Made by a program: the position numbers and the translations under genes. 64,000 bases of DNA, from assembly GCA_965217895.1 (NCBI GenBank), contig CBDCJV010000002.1, positions 4,224,001 to 4,288,000 on the forward strand, read 5' to 3'. Positions 56,559 to 64,000 of the stretch are shown here, in pieces. The notes under the pieces were generated by a model that had not been told where the DNA came from, did not search any database, and was given only the letters and a program-made list of their open reading frames with translations. Source of the stretch: Waterburya sp. Lineage in GTDB: Bacteria; Cyanobacteriota; Cyanobacteriia; Cyanobacteriales; Xenococcaceae. How positions within the stretch are numbered: position 1 is the stretch's first letter; the number at the start of each line of letters is the position of its first letter.

Positions 56559-59500
56559 ATGGTTCACATAAAGCGCATCGAACTGTCTCACTTTAAATCT
56601 TTTGGTGGTATAACTAAAGTACCCATACTACCTGGTTTTACGGTAGTCTCTGGACCAAATGGTTCAGGAAAGTCCAATATCCTAGATGCGCTGCTATTTT
56701 GCTTGGGTTTAGCTAGTTCTAAGGGGATGCGTGCCGATCGCCTGCCCGATTTAGTTAATAATAAACATATTGGTAGTGGCAAGGCAGCAGAAGCAGTTGT
56801 TTCTGTAACCTTTGACTTGAGTGATTTAGGTGACTTAGAAGATGTGGTGACAACGGTAACCAATGTCCATGATTTGATACCTATTGACTCTTCACAAGAG
56901 TTAGCAGCAATAGGAGATAGTGATAATAATATCGGCAATAGTAATGGTAGTGGTCATGTAGAAGAGTCAGAAGAAACAGTCGCTACAGTAGATGAAGGCG
57001 ATAAAAAAATTGTCGCGATCGCCAACGGGAATAGTCTGGAGTGGAAGGTAACGCGCAGGCTAAGAGTGGCAAAAAAAGGCAACTACACTTCTACGTTTTA
57101 TGTGAACGGTGAAGTTGCCACCGCCACAGACGTTCATGAACAGCTACAAAAACTAAGAGTTTATCCCGAAGGCTATAACGTAGTGTTGCAGGGTGACGTT
57201 ACTAGCATCATTACGATGAACTCTAAAGAAAGACGAGAAATTATTGATGAGTTGGCGGGTGTAGCAGCTTTTGATCGCAAGATTCAGCAAACGCGGAAAA
57301 CCCTGGATAAGGTACAGGAAAGAGAAGAAAAGTGTCATATAATTGCTCAAGAATTGATTGCCAACCGCGATCGCCTGGCAGCAGATCGAGTAAAAGCGGA
57401 AAAGTACCGTAAGCTTAAAGAAAAGGTACAGGAAAAGAAAAATCAAGAAAAAGTTTTAGTATGGCGATCGCTTACTCAACAGCAAGAGGAGTTACAGTTA
57501 AAGTTAACAGGAGGAGAAACTGAGACGGTACAGTTAACGCAAAGCATTGCCAAGCTAGATATCGAGGTAAAAGAACACAGCGAAAAGTTAGAAGTTCTTA
57601 ATGCCCAGGTAAAAGCCTTGGGAGAGGATGAACAGCTATCGGTAGCATCAGATCTGGCTACTCAAAAAGCCAAACAGCATCAGCTAAAGCAAAAGCAAGA
57701 AGAGTTAACCAATACAAGCCAGCAAAAAAGATTGGCGTTGGTGCAAACGCAACAAAACCTAGAACAGTATCAGCTAGAAATCAAACAGCTTGAACAAGAA
57801 AAAAGCAAGCTAGAAAGCGAGACTATTCCTTATTTAACTCAAGAGGCTGTAGCAGCCAGAGAAATAGTTACCCAGAGTAAGGAAAATGCCAATGCGATCG
57901 CCGAAGCCTCCGAAGCTTGGGTACAAGAACAAGCGACTATTACCCGTCAAGCATCAGCTATTCAAGATGTTCTTAATCCTCAACGTACTGAACAAGCCAG
58001 AATTAGCGAGAGATTTAACCAGTTAGATAGCACTATCACTGAGCAAGCTGAGTCTTTAGAGGCGGTTGAAGCAGAATTAAAAGGCAAACAAATAGAATAT
58101 AATTCCCTATCTAGTCAGGTAACAAAAGAACAAGGTCATGTACAGAGAATTGCTCAACAGTTAACCGAAGCAGAAAGCGATCGCGCTTTGCAACAAGAAA
58201 CCCAACAGCGTCTTTTAATTGAGCAACGAGAGAAACAACGGGAGTTAGACAAGCTAGAAGCTACCACCCAAGCACAACAAGAAGTTCAGGGTACTTTTGC
58301 CAGCAAGATTATCTTGAACTCTAATTTAGCGGGGGTTGAGGGGTTAGTTGTGCAGTTAGGACAGGTGGAACAGCGTTACCGCTTGGCGTTAGAAACCGCA
58401 GCGGGAGGAAGATTAGGCTTTATTGTCGTCGAAAGCGATCGCGTGGCTGCACAGGGTATTGAGCTATTAAAAAGAGAACGGGGAGGTAGAGCAACATTTT
58501 TACCTTTAAATAAAATCCAAGCACCACGCTTGGGCAACATTGCCACCATGCGTTTTGGTCGAGGTTTTGTTGATTTAGCGGTTAATTTAGTTAATTGTGA
58601 CTCTCGCTATGATGAAATCTTTGCCTATGTGTTTGGCGGTACTATTGTCTTTGATACCCTTGATAATGCTCGTTCGAGCTTGGGTAAACATCGCATTGTT
58701 ACCTTAGAAGGAGAAATCTTGGAAGTCAGTGGGGCGATGACTGGAGGAAGTAAATCTAGCCGTTCTAGTTTGCATTTTGGTGGTGCTGCAAACCGTGAAT
58801 CAGGACAAGTAGAAGCACTAAAAGAGCGTTTGGCAGAAATAGAGCGCATCTTATCTAGCTATGACCAAAGAATAGCAAATCAGATTGCACAAATCAAGGA
58901 TTTGGCAGAAGAATTAACTGAGGCAAGACAGCTAGGTAGAGATAATAAAATGCTATCCGAACAGCTAGAGAAGGAAATTAAGCGTCTTACTGGACAAAAA
59001 GAACTATTAATTAATCAGCTAAACAATAATCGCCAGGAAAGAGCAACAATTCAATCTCGCCTGGAAATATTAAACGCAGCTATTGCCGAACAGGAAATCA
59101 AGTTACAAGCTTTACAACAACAGCTACAAGACTTAGAAGAATCTCATTCTCAAAGTGAATGGCAACAGGTACAGGCAATAATTAACAGTCAAGAAGAACA
59201 GCTACAGCAACAAGAACTAAATTTAAGACAGGCAGAAAGACAACTATTAGATTTAAGCAATAAATATCAACGCCTGAGTGAAAAAATCTCGGAAGCAGAA
59301 CAATACAATGAACAATTAAACAATGAACAATTATCAATTAGCAATCAACAATTAACAATTAACAATCAGCTAATAGAAATAGAAGTAAAAATAACCGAAA
59401 CCGAAACACAATTAGAACAACTAACAGCAAAACTAGGAGAAACAAAACAAGAACGCGATCGCACCGAAAACAATCTACAGGAGTCACGAGATCGCCATCA

Positions 59501-60335
59501 AAAACAAGTCTGGAAACTAGAAAAACTTCAGTCATCTCAGCAAGAAAGGCAAGCCACCTTACAAACTCTCCAGCAACAAATAGCTGAACAAGAGTTAGAA
59601 CTTCCCGATCCTATTCCTGAAATTTCACAGTTAGTAAATGAAGACGGTACTAAAGCAGGAGAATTAATTACCTTTGCCAATCTCCACGAACACGTTGAAC
59701 AACTTCAAAAGCAAATTCGTAATGGAGAAAAACGTCTTGAGGCAATGGAACCCGTCAATATGTTGGCGTTAGAAGAATACGAAAAAACCGAAGCTAGACT
59801 ACAAGAACTTTCTTATAAGTTAGATACTATTGAAGCAGAAAGAACAGAACTCCTGCTAAGAGTCGAGAAATTTACCACCTTACGTTTACGAGCGTTTAAA
59901 GAATCTTATGATGCGGTAAACGAAAACTTTCAAAAGATTTATGCCGAACTTTCTGATGGTGATGGACACCTACAGCTAGAAGATGAAAATGATCCCTTCA
60001 ACGGCGGTTTAAATCTAGTTGCTCACCCCAAAGGCAAAGCAGTACAAAAACTAAGTTCTATGTCTGGAGGCGAGAAATCTTTAACAGCACTCGGCTTTAT
60101 CTTTTCTCTCCAAAAATATCGCCCTTCCCCTTTTTATGCCTTTGATGAGGTAGATATGTTCCTCGATGGTGCAAACGTCGAAAAACTATCCCGCATGGTC
60201 AAAAAACAAGCACAGTCGGCACAATTTATTGTTGTAAGTCTACGTCGCCCAATGATTGAAGCTTCCGAAAGAACTATCGGCGTTACCCAAGCTAGAGGCG
60301 CACATACTCAGGTATTAGGAATTAAAATGAAGTAG
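56559..60335 (+). CDS. smc: Chromosome segregation protein SMC
   Basis: FKSF, GPNGSGKSN, hinge GRATFLPL, MSGGEKS, FDEVD. Confidence 0.97.
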   Translation: MVHIKRIELSHFKSFGGITKVPILPGFTVVSGPNGSGKSNILDALLFCLGLASSKGMRADRLPDLVNNKHIGSGKAAEAVVSVTFDLSDLGDLEDVVTTVTNVHDLIPIDSSQELAAIGDSDNNIGNSNGSGHVEESEETVATVDEGDKKIVAIANGNSLEWKVTRRLRVAKKGNYTSTFYVNGEVATATDVHEQLQKLRVYPEGYNVVLQGDVTSIITMNSKERREIIDELAGVAAFDRKIQQTRKTLDKVQEREEKCHIIAQELIANRDRLAADRVKAEKYRKLKEKVQEKKNQEKVLVWRSLTQQQEELQLKLTGGETETVQLTQSIAKLDIEVKEHSEKLEVLNAQVKALGEDEQLSVASDLATQKAKQHQLKQKQEELTNTSQQKRLALVQTQQNLEQYQLEIKQLEQEKSKLESETIPYLTQEAVAAREIVTQSKENANAIAEASEAWVQEQATITRQASAIQDVLNPQRTEQARISERFNQLDSTITEQAESLEAVEAELKGKQIEYNSLSSQVTKEQGHVQRIAQQLTEAESDRALQQETQQRLLIEQREKQRELDKLEATTQAQQEVQGTFASKIILNSNLAGVEGLVVQLGQVEQRYRLALETAAGGRLGFIVVESDRVAAQGIELLKRERGGRATFLPLNKIQAPRLGNIATMRFGRGFVDLAVNLVNCDSRYDEIFAYVFGGTIVFDTLDNARSSLGKHRIVTLEGEILEVSGAMTGGSKSSRSSLHFGGAANRESGQVEALKERLAEIERILSSYDQRIANQIAQIKDLAEELTEARQLGRDNKMLSEQLEKEIKRLTGQKELLINQLNNNRQERATIQSRLEILNAAIAEQEIKLQALQQQLQDLEESHSQSEWQQVQAIINSQEEQLQQQELNLRQAERQLLDLSNKYQRLSEKISEAEQYNEQLNNEQLSISNQQLTINNQLIEIEVKITETETQLEQLTAKLGETKQERDRTENNLQESRDRHQKQVWKLEKLQSSQQERQATLQTLQQQIAEQELELPDPIPEISQLVNEDGTKAGELITFANLHEHVEQLQKQIRNGEKRLEAMEPVNMLALEEYEKTEARLQELSYKLDTIEAERTELLLRVEKFTTLRLRAFKESYDAVNENFQKIYAELSDGDGHLQLEDENDPFNGGLNLVAHPKGKAVQKLSSMSGGEKSLTALGFIFSLQKYRPSPFYAFDEVDMFLDGANVEKLSRMVKKQAQSAQFIVVSLRRPMIEASERTIGVTQARGAHTQVLGIKMK

Positions 60336-60583
60336 TTTTTAGTTTCGCCTACAGCCCCTTGGAAACCCTTCCACCGCAACTGTCTCACCGCAGGCGCACT
60401 TCCGCATCTAAACGTAAAGGAATTCTCACCAAGACGGCTTAAAGCTCAAGGCTTAGAGCTTAGAACTATCTTAACTAATCAATTGTCTTAACCCGAACTG
60501 AGGTTAAATTATTAATTATTTAATAAAAAAAGCAAATTTTACGCCTACAATAGCGCACATAGATACTGTTCGCTTTTTTTCTA

Positions 60584-61570
60584 ATGCTGAACTTTCAAAT
60601 CCAGTCCGATAGTGATATACCAGCCTCCAAACAATTATTTGCTCAAATTCAATTTGCGATCGCTTCTGGACAATATCCCCCAGGACATCGCTTACCCAGT
60701 ACTAGGCAACTAGCTATGATTACGGGACTGCACCGCAACACAATCAGCAAAGTCTATCAACAGCTAGAAGAAAATGGATTGGTAGCATCAATAGCTGGTT
60801 CGGGAATCTATGTCAAAATTCACGAACGAGAAAATATTAATCATTCAGATTCTCCTATAGTTAATTCGGTTAATGCCATCAAAGATAATCTAGATCGGAT
60901 TTTAGAATTGGGCTGTAGCATTGAGCAAGTTAAAGAATTATTCCTAGAAGAAATAGACTGGCGCATTAGCTGTTGCGATCGCGTAATTGTTACCGTTCCT
61001 AAAAGAGACATCAGCGCAGGGGAAATTATGCAGCAAGAATTATGCAATTCTTTCTCTATGGAGATTGAATTGATTGAGTTAGAAAAATTACCCCAAATCT
61101 TAGAAAAAATTAATTTTGGGACGCTGGTGACAAATCGATATTTTATTCAAGAGGTTTTAGCCATTGTTCCTCCTAACTCTTTTCGCGTAATTCCTGTTGA
61201 TATTTATGATTACAAAAAAGAATTAGAAATGATTAAGGCTCTTCCTTCTCAAGCTTGTTTGGGCATTGTTAGCCTTAGTGAAGGTACTCTCGATATTGCC
61301 TCAAGTATCGTTAATAGTCAGCGAGGAGATGATTTACTAGTATTGACTGCTTCAATTGGCGATCGCGATCGCTTGAAGGCGGTTATTCGTGCTGCTCATA
61401 CGGTGATAGCTGGCTACACTAGCTATGATGCAGTCAAAGCAGAAATTATCGCCATGCGAGAGGATCTAATTCGGATTCCTGAAGTTATCCGTACTGATAG
61501 CTACATTAGCGAAAAGTCGATTAATTTATTGAAACGAGAATTGGGACTAGGCAATAGACAATTTATTTAA
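60584..61570 (+). CDS. plmA: GntR-family regulator PlmA
   Basis: IPAS.QL..QI.FAIA..QYPPGHRLPSTRQLA..TGLHRNTISKVY. Confidence 0.85.
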   Translation: MLNFQIQSDSDIPASKQLFAQIQFAIASGQYPPGHRLPSTRQLAMITGLHRNTISKVYQQLEENGLVASIAGSGIYVKIHERENINHSDSPIVNSVNAIKDNLDRILELGCSIEQVKELFLEEIDWRISCCDRVIVTVPKRDISAGEIMQQELCNSFSMEIELIELEKLPQILEKINFGTLVTNRYFIQEVLAIVPPNSFRVIPVDIYDYKKELEMIKALPSQACLGIVSLSEGTLDIASSIVNSQRGDDLLVLTASIGDRDRLKAVIRAAHTVIAGYTSYDAVKAEIIAMREDLIRIPEVIRTDSYISEKSINLLKRELGLGNRQFI

Positions 61571-61674
61571 CTGATGTTACGCACGTTCTCGATCGCTGAA
61601 GGCTGGTCAAAGGGGAAGGGGTAAGGGGAAAAGTATAGTCGTTTTAAATAGCAACCAGATTATCTTTGAAAAAA

Positions 61675-61706
61675 GTAGCAAGTAGCAAGTAGCAAGTAGC
61701 AAGTAA
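61675..61706. repeat. Heptamer tandem repeat (AGTAGCA)x4
   Basis: Direct reading. Confidence 0.8.
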
Positions 61707-61858
61707 TATTTAACCTTACAATCAATACAAAACTACCATAAGGAAATTAATTGGAATGACTATAATTCGAGCATTTCCTTGATATGAGCTATAGAGATAA
61801 TTTGCATAAACTATCAAATTTTTGTTGACTAATATTTCAATTAGTACTATATTACTAA

Positions 61859-61922
61859 CAGGGTTGGCAATTCCTATCATACGACTTTAATTAAGGGAAC
61901 AGGCTCTAAAGTTCCCTTTTTT
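61859..61922 (+). ncRNA. Candidate ~65-nt sRNA
   Basis: TTGACT-N17-TATATT promoter (61825-61853) and intrinsic terminator AAGGGAAC..GTTCCCTTTTTT. Confidence 0.45.
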
Positions 61923-62096
61923 ATTTTTTAAATTAATCAAACAACAATGGTTCGGACAAAATTTAATTATTAACGAAATAACAGCTATCGAAGCCCTTTT
62001 TGAGTTGAAGATAATCAACGGTAAATTGGGCTTGTCAACTGCTCTAACTGTTCTAACTGCTTAACTGTCCTAACTGTTGAAACAAGTCAGCGGTGG

Positions 62097-62657
62097 TTAT
62101 CTAACTGTTTCTGCACGACAATCTCTTAACCAAAGTTGAACTCCTTGACCAATAATGCCATTGGTAGTTTCTTTAGGAGGTGCTGGAGGGGTATTTGCTT
62201 GAGAATTGCCAAAACGAGAAAACATCATTACCATACGCCAACCACTATCAGTTTGAGTTAAAAATAGCCAATGGTAAGTTTGAATAGTAGTGATTTCATT
62301 ATTGTTATATTGCCTTTCGGCAACTGTAAAAAAGACTTGTTTGGGTTGGTTCTCGTTAAGAGGATTGTATTGAATACGAGGTAATTTTAAAGGTTCAAAC
62401 TCAACTCGATCGGCGGTAATAACATAGTTTCTAATTCCTGCTTCTTTATTCAGGCGTTGAGTTCGTTGGATTACTCGATTGCTGTAGTCTGGTAAATCTT
62501 TGAGTAATAAAGAGGTTAACTGATTAAGATCGTTAGGACAGCTAAAATTATCCTTTGAAGAACCAGCATTTTGGCTATGGGCTGGCGCGATCGGCACAAT
62601 CAATATAATTATCGCCAAGATACTTAACCGCCAGAATCTTAAAAAATTTACCTTCAC
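62097..62657 (-). CDS. Conserved cyanobacterial exported hypothetical protein
   Basis: Signal peptide; CP..L..L...LL.DLP.Y.NRVIQR..WLRDCR. Confidence 0.7.
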   Translation of the reverse strand: MKVNFLRFWRLSILAIIILIVPIAPAHSQNAGSSKDNFSCPNDLNQLTSLLLKDLPDYSNRVIQRTQRLNKEAGIRNYVITADRVEFEPLKLPRIQYNPLNENQPKQVFFTVAERQYNNNEITTIQTYHWLFLTQTDSGWRMVMMFSRFGNSQANTPPAPPKETTNGIIGQGVQLWLRDCRAETVR

Positions 62658-62670
62658 GCTTGATTGTTGC

Positions 62671-63894
62671 TTAGGAAACTAAGCGAATAAACTTTTTTTT
62701 GCCTACTTGTAACACTTTTCCTGCCAGATCATCGGCGGTTTCAAAGGTAAGATTGATATCGCCAAGGCGATCGCCTTCTAAACGAACAGCACCACCCTGT
62801 ATCTGTCTTCTTCCTTCCCCACTGCTTTTGCATAAGCCACTAGCACCTAAAACATAAAACAATTTAGCAGGAAACTCTACTTGAGACAGAGAATATTCAG
62901 GAATATCCCCACCTGCGGTATTTCCCTGAAGTACAATCTGTTCGGCGGTTTGCTTAGCTTGTAAGGCAGCATCTTGTCCATGAAATTGCGAAGTAACGGC
63001 GATCGCCAATTGCTTTTGAGCCTGCCTAGGGTTACCAGGTAATTCTGCCAAATCAGTATCGGTTAAAAGTTCAAAATAATCTTTAAGCAGATCATCAGGA
63101 GTTTTTTCTAGCTTAGAATACATCGATAGGGCATCTTCTTGCAGTCCTACATAGTTACCCAGAGATTTTGACATTTTTTGTACCCCGTCTGTGCCTAAGA
63201 GGATAGGCAGCAGCAAACCAAACTGAGTTTTTTTACCAAAATGCCTTTGCAAATCCCGTCCTACCGCAATATTAAACTTTTGGTCTGTTCCACCTAATTC
63301 CACATCAGCTTCTACGGCTACAGAATCATAACCCTGCATCAAAGGATATAAAAACTCATGGAGAAAAATAGGTTTTTCTTGGCTGTAGCGTTCTGCAAAA
63401 CCTTCTTTGGCTAGCATTTGTCCCACGGTCATAGTTGCCAGCAATTCCTGTATCTGAGCCAAATCCAGTTTACTAAGCCATTCGGAATTATAGCGAATTT
63501 CCAATCGTCCTGGGGTATCAAAATCTAAAATAGGACGTAGCTGATCTAAATAGCTTTGAGCGTTGGCTTTTACCTGTTCTGGGGTCAATTGACGGCGTAC
63601 ATCAGACTTGCCCGTAGGATCGCCAATCTGAGCGGTAAAGTCGCCAATAATAACCACTGCCGTATGTCCTGCATTTTGAAAAGCGCGCAGCTTACGGAAG
63701 GGAATACTATGACCCAAATGAATATCCGTGCCTGTAGGATCGATACCTAGCTTAACCCTCAATGGCTCAGAACTTTGGGCAAGGCGTTGGCTTAAATTTT
63801 CAGCTCGATCGTCTGAATCTTGACGATCTGGAAAGATTTCGCTTGTACCTCTAAATAGCCAATCTAAGTTTTTGCTTGAATCCGAAGAAGACAT
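62671..63894 (-). CDS. tyrS: Tyrosine--tRNA ligase
   Basis: [29 protein letters not shown]4-like C-terminus. Confidence 0.97.
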   Translation of the reverse strand: MSSSDSSKNLDWLFRGTSEIFPDRQDSDDRAENLSQRLAQSSEPLRVKLGIDPTGTDIHLGHSIPFRKLRAFQNAGHTAVVIIGDFTAQIGDPTGKSDVRRQLTPEQVKANAQSYLDQLRPILDFDTPGRLEIRYNSEWLSKLDLAQIQELLATMTVGQMLAKEGFAERYSQEKPIFLHEFLYPLMQGYDSVAVEADVELGGTDQKFNIAVGRDLQRHFGKKTQFGLLLPILLGTDGVQKMSKSLGNYVGLQEDALSMYSKLEKTPDDLLKDYFELLTDTDLAELPGNPRQAQKQLAIAVTSQFHGQDAALQAKQTAEQIVLQGNTAGGDIPEYSLSQVEFPAKLFYVLGASGLCKSSGEGRRQIQGGAVRLEGDRLGDINLTFETADDLAGKVLQVGKKKFIRLVS

Positions 63895-64000
63895 GACCGA
63901 TTACCCGTCTGACAGTGTTTGGTTTGAGTTTGCAGTGAGATTAGATTATTAACCTTATCAAACTATCTGTCCTAAAATCTAGAAACAAGCCCTTTCAAGG

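Overview
AT-rich cyanobacterial chromosome (frequent HIP1 GCGATCGC, plmA, heptamer repeats). Left arm (1-13.3 kb): minor type IV pilin cluster interleaved with a mostly decayed toxin-antitoxin hotspot, a transglutaminase, a GH13 enzyme and IS630 remnants. Centre (13368-46455): a 33-kb element integrated in tRNA-Pro(GGG) with 50-bp att repeats. It carries a tyrosine integrase, a candidate ADP-ribosyltransferase toxin pair, a phage-like replication module (Xis, Rep with internal iterons, split DnaB, XRE-pentapeptide repressor), a MOBF relaxase and coupling protein with an oriT-like site but no T4SS, and an SspABCD-SspFGH-type phosphorothioation defence cluster with an extra methyltransferase. 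Just outside attR is what looks like the relic left end and homing mini-crRNA of a type V-K CRISPR-associated transposon aimed at the same tRNA. Right arm: PaoABC-like oxidoreductase, pepN, cupin, TetR, VanZ, smc, plmA, a candidate sRNA and tyrS. All family assignments come from motif recognition by eye; no searches were run.
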